From a virus (taxonomy: Duplodnaviria; Caudoviricetes): a stretch of DNA of 64,000 nt. Below, one piece after another: positions 27,471 to 36,941 of the stretch. The notes under the pieces are model-generated. The model did not search any database. It was not told where the DNA came from and saw nothing but the letters and a program-made list of their open reading frames with translations. The stretch lies in the IMG/VR virus record IMGVR_UViG_3300034061_006011; one strand, 5' to 3'. How positions within the stretch are numbered: position 1 is the first letter of the stretch; the number at the start of each line of letters is the position of its first letter. The translations under genes were made by a program, and so were the position numbers.

Positions 27471-29918
27471 ATGTATCAGTACGCCACAGCATTTGAAAAA
27501 TGTGTAACATATTTTGAGGGAGATGAGCTAGCCGCTAAAGTGTTTTTGGACAAATACGCTCTTAAAGACAACAGCTCTAATTTGCTTGAAGAAACACCAG
27601 TTGACATGCATCATCGTCTTGCGAAAGAATTCGCAAGAATCGAAGCAGAAAAGTATACAGAACCTCTTTCAGAAGAACAAATCTTTTCTTTATTCGATAA
27701 ATTCAAGTATATTGTACCTCAAGGAAGTCCTATGTTTGGTATCGGAAACGATCACCAAATCATTTCACTTTCAAATTGTTATGTAGTTGAAAGTCCAAAA
27801 GACAGCTATGGCGGTATTCTTAAGGTTGACGAACATTTAGCTCAAATCTCTAAAAGAAGAGGTGGAGTTGGTGTAGACATATCAACTCTACGTCCTGCCG
27901 GAGAGCCTGTTAAGAACGCTGCTAGGACCAGCACGGGCATTGGTTCATGGATGGAACGATACAGCAATACAATCAGAGAAGTCGGTCAGGCGGGGCGCAG
28001 AGGCGCTCTAATGCTTAGTATCCATGTTTCTCATAAAGACATTGAATCATTCATTACCATTAAGAACGACAGTTCAAAGGTCACAGGAGCAAACATCTCT
28101 GTTTTGCTTAGTAATGAATTTTTGGAAGCTGTTGAAAAGGGTGAAAAGTTCCGTTTACGTTTCCCAGTAGATGCTCCACCTAGCGATAGTGACATCTATG
28201 TCGATGCTAAGGAATTATGGAAAAAGATCATCCACAATGCATGGCTAAGAGCTGAACCCGGTCTTTTGTTCTGGGATCAAATCACTAAGTACAATGCTGT
28301 TGATTGTTATGCAGAAGATGGATATAAAACTATATCCACAAATCCCTGTGCCGAATTACCAATTTGCGCTTTTGACAGTTGCCGCTTAATGGTTCTTAAT
28401 TTGTTCTCTTATGTTGTCAATCCTTTTACCAAAGATGCATATTTTGATTTTGCATTGTTTGAAGAACATGCAGTAATCTGTCAGCGATTGATGGATGACA
28501 TGATTGATCTTGAACTTGAAAAAGTAAGCGAAATTATTAAGAAAATTAAGAAAGATCCAGAATCTAGCACTATTAAAGCTAATGAGATTGAACTTTGGCA
28601 AGATATTTACAAAAAGTGTGAAAATGGTAGAAGAACTGGGACTGGATTGACTGCTTTGGGTGATACGATGGCAGCTTTGAGTATTGCTTATGGTAGCAGA
28701 CAAAGCATTGATATGACTGGCAAAATTTGTAGAGCTTTATGCTTGTCTTCATTTAGATCTAGTGTTGATATGGCTAAGAAAACAGGTGCGTTTCCTGTTT
28801 GGGATTGGAACAAGGAGAAGGATTCTGAATTCCTTTTGATGTTGCGAGATCTTGATGCAACTCTTTATGAAAACATGCAAAAGTATGGTAGAAGGAATAT
28901 TGCTAACTTAACAATCGCTCCAACAGGATCTGTGTCTATTATGACACAGACAACTTCTGGAGTCGAACCTCTGTTCATGCTTTTCCCATATACTAGAAGA
29001 AAGAAAATCAATCCAAATGATAAAAATGCAAGAGTAGACTTTGTTGATCCTAATGGAGATCATTGGCAAGAATTTGAAGTGTATCATCCTAAAGTTAAAA
29101 TGTGGATGGAAATTACAGGTGAAAAGGATCTCAAAAAGTCTCCTTGGTTTGGTTGCTGTGCTGAAGACATTGATTGGGTTGCAGCTGTAGAATTACAAGC
29201 TGAAGCACAGAAGTATGTTGATCATGCAATTTCTAAGACTGTTAACTTGCCAGAAGAAGTAACAGAAGAACAAGTTGCTAAGATTTATGAAGCTGCATGG
29301 AAGTACAAATGCAAAGGTATGACTGTCTATCGTAAAAACTGTCGTACTGGAGTTCTGATAGAAAAGCCTGCTAAGAAAGAAGTAGAAGAAAAGATTAAAA
29401 AGAACGATGCTCCAAAACGTCCTGCTAATATTGAAGCAGAGTTGTATCTGCCGATAGTAAAGGGTGACCCTTATTATGTTGTTGTTGGTCTTCTTGATGG
29501 TGAGCCATATGAAGTATTTGCTGGTCTGAACACAGAAGATGGTAAACCAGTAATCAAATGCAAAGAATCTAAAGGATTGCTTAAGAAGCTCAATAGGGGC
29601 AAGTATGTGTTCCAAGCTGGTAATGAATCATTTAACTTGATTAATATCAGCAATCATGAAAACGGAGATGCTTTGTGCAGGATGGTAAGCACTTCATTGC
29701 GTCATGGTGCGGATATTAGCTTTGTCGTGCATCAGCTTGAGAAAACCAAAGGTGATCTTGTTAGTTTGAGCAAGGTTCTTGCCAGAACACTTAAGAAGTA
29801 TATTAAGGATGGCACCAAGGTTCATGGTGAAGAATGTCCTTCTTGCCAAGGCAATCAAGTTGAAAGAAATGATGGTTGCGTTTTGTGTAAGTCATGTGGT
29901 TGGTCAAAGTGCGGATAA
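27471..29918 (+). CDS. nrdJ: Class II (adenosylcobalamin-dependent) ribonucleotide reductase
   Basis: SLSNCYV, RRGGVG, RRGALM, TNPCAE, IAPTGS, ISKTVN, C-terminal TSCPD-like domain and zinc ribbon. Confidence 0.92.
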   Translation: MYQYATAFEKCVTYFEGDELAAKVFLDKYALKDNSSNLLEETPVDMHHRLAKEFARIEAEKYTEPLSEEQIFSLFDKFKYIVPQGSPMFGIGNDHQIISLSNCYVVESPKDSYGGILKVDEHLAQISKRRGGVGVDISTLRPAGEPVKNAARTSTGIGSWMERYSNTIREVGQAGRRGALMLSIHVSHKDIESFITIKNDSSKVTGANISVLLSNEFLEAVEKGEKFRLRFPVDAPPSDSDIYVDAKELWKKIIHNAWLRAEPGLLFWDQITKYNAVDCYAEDGYKTISTNPCAELPICAFDSCRLMVLNLFSYVVNPFTKDAYFDFALFEEHAVICQRLMDDMIDLELEKVSEIIKKIKKDPESSTIKANEIELWQDIYKKCENGRRTGTGLTALGDTMAALSIAYGSRQSIDMTGKICRALCLSSFRSSVDMAKKTGAFPVWDWNKEKDSEFLLMLRDLDATLYENMQKYGRRNIANLTIAPTGSVSIMTQTTSGVEPLFMLFPYTRRKKINPNDKNARVDFVDPNGDHWQEFEVYHPKVKMWMEITGEKDLKKSPWFGCCAEDIDWVAAVELQAEAQKYVDHAISKTVNLPEEVTEEQVAKIYEAAWKYKCKGMTVYRKNCRTGVLIEKPAKKEVEEKIKKNDAPKRPANIEAELYLPIVKGDPYYVVVGLLDGEPYEVFAGLNTEDGKPVIKCKESKGLLKKLNRGKYVFQAGNESFNLINISNHENGDALCRMVSTSLRHGADISFVVHQLEKTKGDLVSLSKVLARTLKKYIKDGTKVHGEECPSCQGNQVERNDGCVLCKSCGWSKCG

Positions 29919-29925
29919 AATATAT

Positions 29926-29967
29926 TAACAGTTAGTATCTTGAATAATATCAAGATACTAACTGTTA
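29926..29967 (+). terminator. Terminator after nrdJ
   Basis: Perfect 18-bp inverted repeat with a 6-nt loop. Confidence 0.75.
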
Positions 29968-29989
29968 TTTGTATGGAAAATAGGTTAAA

Positions 29990-30877
29990 ATGGATGAAAA
30001 TATTACATTTTATTACGCTTCTTGGAGTGATAAATCTAATATAAAAGACAAATGGTGGATCAATTTATTGTTCTCAATAATAACATTGAGAAGTGTTTAT
30101 CCAAAAAATAAAATAAAAATTATTTGTTATACTAAACCACCAAAAGAAATTTTTGATTATTCTTCATTACTTGATTACAAAGTCATTTATATTGAACAAT
30201 GGTATAAAAATTATACCAAAAAAAGATTTAATACACCCCTTTTATCGAAATTAAGAGATTGTTTTGAAATGTCTTTTGAAGAAAAAGAAAAAGTTATTCT
30301 TCTCGACAGTGATGCTTTTATAATCAAAAAATTTACAAACATAAATTGGAATAAAGTAGGAGTATACGGGACACATAATCACAATGTCAATACAGGTGTT
30401 TTAATATTTGATACAACAAAAGAAAACACCAAAGAATACAGAGAAATGTTTATAAAAGAAGTTGATGACATGCTTGATGAAAGCAAAGTTTTATCTGAAT
30501 ATACTCTGATTGCTTATCCTGTTGATGGAGAAAGAAGAATCATTCAAGAAGAAACAGTAACAAGAAATATATTTTACAAACACAAAGACTTTACAAATAA
30601 AGTCTTTCATAATATAGGTGTTGAAAATAATGGAATTATAAATATAGAAAAAATGAATAATTGTAAACATGTTGGCAACTTAAACAATATCCATTTAGCT
30701 ATTACACCCCCCGGCAAAATAGGAAGAATCATTATAAGCATTGACTTCTTTAAACAAAAAATTAAAAAATTCTTAGAAAAAATAAATGCTTCTTATGTTA
30801 TTGATGATTTAGTTGGCAATAAAGTTAATTTAGACATAAATAAATGCCTAGTAGTCAAGGAATTAAAATTCATATGA
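29990..30877 (+). CDS. Putative GT-A glycosyltransferase / nucleotide-sugar transferase
   Basis: LLDSDAF DxD motif, VNTGVLIF, IIQEE, late H. Confidence 0.6.
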   Translation: MDENITFYYASWSDKSNIKDKWWINLLFSIITLRSVYPKNKIKIICYTKPPKEIFDYSSLLDYKVIYIEQWYKNYTKKRFNTPLLSKLRDCFEMSFEEKEKVILLDSDAFIIKKFTNINWNKVGVYGTHNHNVNTGVLIFDTTKENTKEYREMFIKEVDDMLDESKVLSEYTLIAYPVDGERRIIQEETVTRNIFYKHKDFTNKVFHNIGVENNGIINIEKMNNCKHVGNLNNIHLAITPPGKIGRIIISIDFFKQKIKKFLEKINASYVIDDLVGNKVNLDINKCLVVKELKFI

Positions 30878-31812
30878 GAAATTACTGTATTGTTGTTCCA
30901 ACTATTAGAGAAAAATGCATTACAGACTTCCTAGAAAAATGGAAATTTGAATGTACTGTTATCCTGATTGAAGATAACCCTGAAAAAACATTTAAGATTA
31001 AAAAAGATAGTAGAATTCAGCATTATTCGTGGGAAGACATTGACAGAACATTTGGAAAAAAATCATGGATAATTTCAAGAAGAGATTCGGCAATTAGATC
31101 TTTTGGATTCTATTTGGCATATAAGCAGAATTTTGATTACATATTCACACTAGATGATGATTGCTATCCAATTGATGGTGTTGATTTCTTTACAGATCAT
31201 ATAAACAATTTAGAACAATTTCCAAAATGGACAGAAAGTTGTATTGGATATAGGACAAGAGGTATTCCTTACAAAAATCTAGGAACTCTTGATAATGTAA
31301 AACTTAGTGCTGGTCTGTGGGAAGGCGTTCCAGATCTTGATGCCATACAAACACTTTCTAATCAAAATATTAAATTGCCAGAAAACACAAGGATAATACC
31401 AAAGGGTCAGTATTATCCATTGTGTGGAATGAATATGTGTTTTAAAAGAGACTTAACACCATTAATGTGGTTTCCTCTTATGGGAGAAGGTTCTCCATAT
31501 AGAAGATTTGATGACATATGGTGTGGAATCATATCTAAGAAAATAATGGATCATTTGGACATTAATGTAACTGTAGGTAAACCTTTTATATTTCATAGTA
31601 GAGCAAGTGATGTATTTAAGAACCTTGAAAAAGAAACTCCCGGCGTTATTGAAAATGAAAAATTTTGGCAAATAATCGATTCTATTAAAATTCAAGGTTC
31701 AAATATTTTAGAATGTATGGCAGACATAGGCAAAAAATTAAAAAATATAGAAATTGATTATTATAAAAAAATTGGTATGGCTATAATAAATTGGGTTTCA
31801 TTTTTTGAGTAA
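30874..31812 (+). CDS. RGP / UDP-arabinopyranose mutase family protein (GT75)
   Basis: RRDSAIRSFG, TLDDDC, RGIP, GLW..VPDLDA, LCGMN..F.R, RFDDIWCG...K.I.DHL, HSRAS..F.NL.KE. ATGA overlap with the upstream GT. Confidence 0.85.
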   Translation: MRNYCIVVPTIREKCITDFLEKWKFECTVILIEDNPEKTFKIKKDSRIQHYSWEDIDRTFGKKSWIISRRDSAIRSFGFYLAYKQNFDYIFTLDDDCYPIDGVDFFTDHINNLEQFPKWTESCIGYRTRGIPYKNLGTLDNVKLSAGLWEGVPDLDAIQTLSNQNIKLPENTRIIPKGQYYPLCGMNMCFKRDLTPLMWFPLMGEGSPYRRFDDIWCGIISKKIMDHLDINVTVGKPFIFHSRASDVFKNLEKETPGVIENEKFWQIIDSIKIQGSNILECMADIGKKLKNIEIDYYKKIGMAIINWVSFFE

Positions 31813-31831
31813 ATCAACCTAAATAACTATT

Positions 31832-32314
31832 ATGACTGATTTTAATTTTCGAGAATATGTGTTAAATGAAAACAAAGTTTATCTTGCAAAAGAGATAGGC
31901 GATGTCCTTAATTCAACACAAGAACTATCTGATGAAGTAAACAAGATAGGAACAAGGAACTTAGTTCGATACAGTCAAATTATAGTTAATAAGTGCAGAG
32001 GCATACTACAAGGGCATTGGGGTAATGAAAATAGAAAGTTCTTGAAAGTGTTGCAAAGATGTGCTGTCGCTCTTGCTAAATCAATTGATGAAAGTGACGA
32101 CTTAGAAGCAACAATTAAAAAGGTAATTTCTAATTTACAAGCAATAATTAAGAAGATGGGCATTCCTATTAATGCTTTCCAAATATCGCCACAACCTGAA
32201 AAGAATGAAAAACCTAATGATGTGGCTGTACAAGATATCGCTCCTGAATTGCCTCAAGCAAGCGGATTTGATACTTCTGGAGCCGCACCAACTTCTCAAA
32301 TGCCTCAAAAGTAA
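31832..32314 (+). CDS. Hypothetical protein with capsid-targeting-like leader
   Basis: FNFREYVLNEN; TAAATA 6 nt upstream. Confidence 0.7.
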   Translation: MTDFNFREYVLNENKVYLAKEIGDVLNSTQELSDEVNKIGTRNLVRYSQIIVNKCRGILQGHWGNENRKFLKVLQRCAVALAKSIDESDDLEATIKKVISNLQAIIKKMGIPINAFQISPQPEKNEKPNDVAVQDIAPELPQASGFDTSGAAPTSQMPQK

Positions 32315-32320
32315 TAAAAT

Positions 32321-33115
32321 ATGTGTGGAATTGCAGGATTTATAGGCAAATCAAAAGATATAAGATTGACTTATAATCTCACGAAAAATATTTTTAAAAA
32401 ACTAGAAGTCAGAGGCATCCATGCTTCTGGTGTTTTTGCAATAGATGATAAAAATAAAGTTTACTTTGATAAGAAACCAATGATTTCATCTGATTTTGTA
32501 AATACAAGTTTTTTCAAAAGCTTAGAAGATAAAAATCTTCATCTGTGTTTACTTCATGCTAGACAAGCTACACCAATGTGTGGTAACCCAGAAGACAATA
32601 TTAACAACCATCCTTTTGTCAGTGAAGATGGAAAAAAAATATTAACACATAACGGAATGGTTGATAGAGAAGAATATAAAAATTTAATAAGCATGTTTCC
32701 AACTGAATCAACTTGCGATTCAGAAGTTTTACTTAAATTCATGGAAAAGAATGAAGATAATACTGTTAAGTCATTTGGAAAATTGATGGGTCTTACTGCC
32801 AAAAGTCAATTTGCTATTTCTTATGTAGATTTTAATGAAAATGAAACAAATTTATATTTAATTAGAAACGCAGCCAGACCTTTATATGTTTTTGATTTGA
32901 CTGAAACATTAGGACAAATATTTTTTTGTTCAACAACTGAGATATTTGTACAAGCATTGTCTAGGTTTAAAAGAAGCCAAGAAATTATGAATGACTGTAT
33001 ATTTAATAGAACAATGCCTTATAAGCTTTACAATTTTAAATATTCAAACGGAGAAATTAGAAGGAAATACCACTCAATTAAATTACATAAAGAGGTTATT
33101 ATAGAATATGGATGA
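32321..33115 (+). CDS. Class II (Ntn) glutamine amidotransferase
   Basis: MCGIAG start, RG.HASG, HARQAT, NNHPF, HNG, DSEV. Confidence 0.88.
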   Translation: MCGIAGFIGKSKDIRLTYNLTKNIFKKLEVRGIHASGVFAIDDKNKVYFDKKPMISSDFVNTSFFKSLEDKNLHLCLLHARQATPMCGNPEDNINNHPFVSEDGKKILTHNGMVDREEYKNLISMFPTESTCDSEVLLKFMEKNEDNTVKSFGKLMGLTAKSQFAISYVDFNENETNLYLIRNAARPLYVFDLTETLGQIFFCSTTEIFVQALSRFKRSQEIMNDCIFNRTMPYKLYNFKYSNGEIRRKYHSIKLHKEVIIEYG

Positions 33116-33638
33116 TTTTAAAGGTCTAGATATCGATGAAATACAACCAAAAAGACCTAACAAAGTCAATGGAAAGAAAAAAGGAAATCGTACAGAATTA
33201 GAACTAACTAAAATTCTTACTACAAGATTCAATATGCCTTTCAGCAGATCTGTCGGGTCCGGCAATCGATGGAGTCAAGCGGATTTACCACAACACGCTT
33301 CTGAAGTTTTCTCTGGTGATTTAATATGTCCAAAGAACTTTAAATTTGTTATCGAAAGTAAAGGCGGATATGACAGCATCGACATGAGTGCTGTTTTTGT
33401 AAATGGAAATAGTGAATTAAATGGATTCTTAAAGCAAGCAACCGCTGATAGTAATCGTTGTGGAAGAAAACCAATGATGTGTTGGAAAAAAACACGAAAA
33501 CCTTGGCTTGCTTTCATCATGACCAATGAATTAATTGGTCATGAATTTGAATATTCATTAAAGTATAAAGAATGGACAGCAATAGCTCTAGACCATCTTC
33601 TAAAACTTAATGACGACTTTTTTTTAAATCAAACATAA
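33108..33638 (+). CDS. Hjc-type Holliday junction resolvase
   Basis: KKGNRTELEL, GDL, FVIESK. Confidence 0.7.
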   Translation: MDDFKGLDIDEIQPKRPNKVNGKKKGNRTELELTKILTTRFNMPFSRSVGSGNRWSQADLPQHASEVFSGDLICPKNFKFVIESKGGYDSIDMSAVFVNGNSELNGFLKQATADSNRCGRKPMMCWKKTRKPWLAFIMTNELIGHEFEYSLKYKEWTAIALDHLLKLNDDFFLNQT

Positions 33639-34867
33639 TCATCAAGATTGTAAACATTTGATTTAATAGGAATATACTTTTTGTTGTCTTCTGATAAAAA
33701 CCAATACCATCTTTCAGGATGAATAGGATTAACCTTGCTTCCCATACCATCTGTGATAACAAATACAGCAGAAGGATATTTCTTACCTTCCGTTTCTACC
33801 CTTATTTTTTCTTCTATACAGGCAAATGATGTTCCACCCCCTCCATACACCCTTCTGCTCTCAAGTGTCGTCTCTTCAGCCTTTGTATCGAAACAAAACA
33901 ACCTTACGTTGAAACGATCTTCTGGCAGACTTGAAGCTGCTGTAAAAAATCGATCTTTCAATCCATAACAACTTCCAGATGTATCTAGAAAGAAAAATAC
34001 ATCTATTTTTTTTGTTTCTTTATCATAATCTTCTATTTCAGCTTCTGATGGTAATATCATATCAGAATAATAAGCATTCATTCTTCTGGATTTGCGTGAC
34101 CATTGTTCTTTATCGACATCTGCAATTTTAAGTACTTTCATTTTCCATTTGTGGATAACGCTTTCCCATTTTTTATTTTTTATTATTTTTCTTGTTCCTA
34201 ACGATGCCCAAAATCCACTGCCATTGCCAGCCATTTTACTACTAATAATATTATCAATTTCTGTTTTCTCATCATCAGTAAGTTCTCCACCTACCTTTTC
34301 CATTATCTCTTTGATTTCCTCTTCACTTAATGCTTGATGTTCATCAACAAGCTTCTGATTTCCACCAGATTTTCCAGATCCACCATTATTTTCAGGATCT
34401 TTTTTTATTTCATTATAATAAAACTCAGATGTTTCATCGTCTGGATAATTAAGACCATTGTGTTTTTTCTCACCAAAAATAGTGTCAATCCAACAGTATT
34501 CATTTTTTGCATCAATTTCTTCTCTTATGAAACCAAAATCTTTTACAAGAGAATGATTGACCACAATATCAACAGCAATGTTGAATATTTTTGGATTTTC
34601 CTTTTCCTGAAATCTTTTACCATGATTCAGGATAATGTGTAACGCTTCATGACATATGACAAATATTTTTTTATATTCATCACATTCATTCCAGAAATTT
34701 TCATTGAACAAGAACATCAAGTAATTACCTTCTTTATCAAACTGCACAGCAGCAGTTTGAATCTTATCGGTAAATACAGGTTTACCCATTTGAATTATTT
34801 TATAAAAAATACTATGATGGTTTTCCATCTTAGTTAAAATATGATTCCATTCTTCTTTAATGCTCAT
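33629..34867 (-). CDS. HEXXH metallopeptidase-VWA domain protein (DUF2201-like)
   Basis: CHEALH, NIAVD..VN, LDTSGS MIDAS, GGGTSF, ITDG. Confidence 0.85.
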   Translation of the reverse strand: MSIKEEWNHILTKMENHHSIFYKIIQMGKPVFTDKIQTAAVQFDKEGNYLMFLFNENFWNECDEYKKIFVICHEALHIILNHGKRFQEKENPKIFNIAVDIVVNHSLVKDFGFIREEIDAKNEYCWIDTIFGEKKHNGLNYPDDETSEFYYNEIKKDPENNGGSGKSGGNQKLVDEHQALSEEEIKEIMEKVGGELTDDEKTEIDNIISSKMAGNGSGFWASLGTRKIIKNKKWESVIHKWKMKVLKIADVDKEQWSRKSRRMNAYYSDMILPSEAEIEDYDKETKKIDVFFFLDTSGSCYGLKDRFFTAASSLPEDRFNVRLFCFDTKAEETTLESRRVYGGGGTSFACIEEKIRVETEGKKYPSAVFVITDGMGSKVNPIHPERWYWFLSEDNKKYIPIKSNVYNLDDYV

Positions 34868-35946
34868 TTGAAAATCCTTTCACGTTCTGAAGAATTTGAA
34901 GCTTTCTGATTCTTCCATACAGATTCATCTTCATAAAAGAAAGAACGTATTTTTTTAATGACTTTTGGATTAGTTCCAGCGGTTAAAACACTTTCAATCA
35001 CTGATTTAAAAATTGGATTAATTTTCCAATTTTCAATTATATAAGAAGAAATTTTTGAATCTTCCTCAGAAATAATAAGACTTAACTTTTCTTTCTTGAA
35101 AAGAGGAACAAAGAATTCAATATATTCTTTGCTTTCATTGATATACTTGATAGCATTATCAAAGTTGTTTTCAACAGCTAAAAACAACTTTGCATCTTTT
35201 ATATCTTTGTCATCAAACATTTTCCTTAACTTTTTGTCAATTGGACCATTAGCTAAAGCTTGACGAAGTTTATTTACATTACTTTCTTGAGGAAGAATAT
35301 CTTCCAAAGGAATTCCTTTTGCCATAAATTCCAACGCATAGTCAAGCCTTCTAGGAGATATCTTTTTCTTAATATCATCAGGAATAGCATTCCACCATTC
35401 AATTGCTATAGTTGATTTTTCACAACCATATTTGTTATTAAAATATTCTGCATCACATGCATATGGAACTTGGATAGGTACATGGAATCTATCTTTCTGA
35501 GCAGGATCTAACTTTTCAACATCATATGTTTCATTCTCGTCTTCTGGATTTATTGCTGCCCAAACAACTTGAAGATTAGGAAACTTCATACCATTAATAC
35601 TCTTGAACTGAATAAGTTCAAGAATTGCATTCCTTATTTTCTTTGGTGATCTATTATATTCATCAATAAACAAAGCCCTGATCTTTGTAGCATCAGCAAA
35701 AGCTTTTGGTCTGATTAATTCAATATATTGAGTTCCATTGCTTTCCCTTTCTTTAGGAATACCAATGAAATCAACCCAAGGATCTAATGTGCTAGCTGAA
35801 AAATATAACCATGAATCACCAAGAACTAATCCTTGAGATTCAAACACACTTTTAATCAATGATGTTTTACCAACACCATGTTCTCCAATTAGAAGAACAT
35901 TGACACCACATTCATAACACTTTGTAAGCTTTTCGACAAGACGCAT
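34864..35946 (-). CDS. MoxR-like AAA+ ATPase
   Basis: GEHGVGKT, FIDEYNR, AAINP, LDPAQKDRF. Confidence 0.85.
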   Translation of the reverse strand: MRLVEKLTKCYECGVNVLLIGEHGVGKTSLIKSVFESQGLVLGDSWLYFSASTLDPWVDFIGIPKERESNGTQYIELIRPKAFADATKIRALFIDEYNRSPKKIRNAILELIQFKSINGMKFPNLQVVWAAINPEDENETYDVEKLDPAQKDRFHVPIQVPYACDAEYFNNKYGCEKSTIAIEWWNAIPDDIKKKISPRRLDYALEFMAKGIPLEDILPQESNVNKLRQALANGPIDKKLRKMFDDKDIKDAKLFLAVENNFDNAIKYINESKEYIEFFVPLFKKEKLSLIISEEDSKISSYIIENWKINPIFKSVIESVLTAGTNPKVIKKIRSFFYEDESVWKNQKASNSSERERIFK

Positions 35947-35998
35947 TGGCTAGCCTCCTTGATGACCAAGGACATACTATACCATTGTTTCAAGCCCA

Positions 35999-36736
35999 TC
36001 AAGAGAAGATTTGAAGATTCATCCGGTCGGAAATATAAATATTGTCACCAATTTCAAGCGTAAACCAAGCGTTGTAAATACCTACATCCAAATCAGTTGT
36101 GTCTAATTGGTAATAAGCAAAATTCTTTTCCCTGTAATCCATTGATACTTGATCTAACACTAAACGAAGGTCTTCCTCCGTTGGCACACAATTACCACAG
36201 TTTAATTCCAAACTTATTTTTACATTAGAATTAATGATTAGGTTTTCATAATATCTACCCAAGTCTGTGCCTTTCGGCACATTGGGCGTAATTTGACAAA
36301 TTAAATATTGCTTTGAACCTTTTCTAAAACGATTAGGTCTGAACACGAAGCTAAAGTCATATACAACTGGAATTGGTGTCGTATACCAAAGATCAGGATA
36401 CAACAGGAAATTATTGATTACTTGACTAGTGCCTTCACTTGATTTGAAGACTATACTCCATACATCTACATACTTTCCTGTTGTATAAAGAGGATACTCA
36501 GCTAAAACTTCAATGTAATACTTTCCAGTATCATCTTGCTTGATATCTGGATCAATCACAGTCTGAATCAAGGTAGCATTTGATAAATCACTAACAGATG
36601 CATTATCAGGAATTTTGTAAATATCTACTTTTTCAATTGAATCAACATTAGAAAAACTATTTTGATTGTAAACAAATAGTCTTAAAATTACAGTATCATC
36701 TGTTGTTGGATTTTGATAACGCTCTTTAGTAGACAT
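35999..36736 (-). CDS. Hypothetical beta-rich (likely virion) protein with two Ig-like domains
   Basis: DDTGKYY...GKYVDVW and LDVGIYNAWF internal similarity. Confidence 0.6.
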   Translation of the reverse strand: MSTKERYQNPTTDDTVILRLFVYNQNSFSNVDSIEKVDIYKIPDNASVSDLSNATLIQTVIDPDIKQDDTGKYYIEVLAEYPLYTTGKYVDVWSIVFKSSEGTSQVINNFLLYPDLWYTTPIPVVYDFSFVFRPNRFRKGSKQYLICQITPNVPKGTDLGRYYENLIINSNVKISLELNCGNCVPTEEDLRLVLDQVSMDYREKNFAYYQLDTTDLDVGIYNAWFTLEIGDNIYISDRMNLQIFS

Positions 36737-36741
36737 AATTA

Positions 36742-36912
36742 TTACCTTGACCTAGATTTAGCCTTCCTCATTTCCTTATCATGCTCTTCTTTCTCTTTCT
36801 TCTTCTGCTCAACAAACTTGTCTATCAAGTATCTACGTTCCGAAATCGTTAATTGCAAGAAAGACGATTTGTCAACATGAAGATGATAGAGAAAGAAGAA
36901 CATCTCATCCAT
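36742..36912 (-). CDS. 56-aa gp51/'T'-like ORF missing from the ORF track; probable -1 frameshift extension of gp26
   Basis: MDEMFFFLYHLHVDKSSFLQLTISERRYLIDKFVEQKKKE...; the -1 frame is open back to the slippery site. Confidence 0.7.
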   Translation of the reverse strand: MDEMFFFLYHLHVDKSSFLQLTISERRYLIDKFVEQKKKEKEEHDKEMRKAKSRSR

Positions 36913-36941
36913 CAAAGCCTGCCATAGCTTTAAACTTGGAC

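Noticed and set aside
13202-29918. Inteins or group I introns in the helicase, gp46 or NrdJ
   Set aside because: Lengths and motif spacing are normal; no C/S...HN splice motifs and no LAGLIDADG or HNH insert seen
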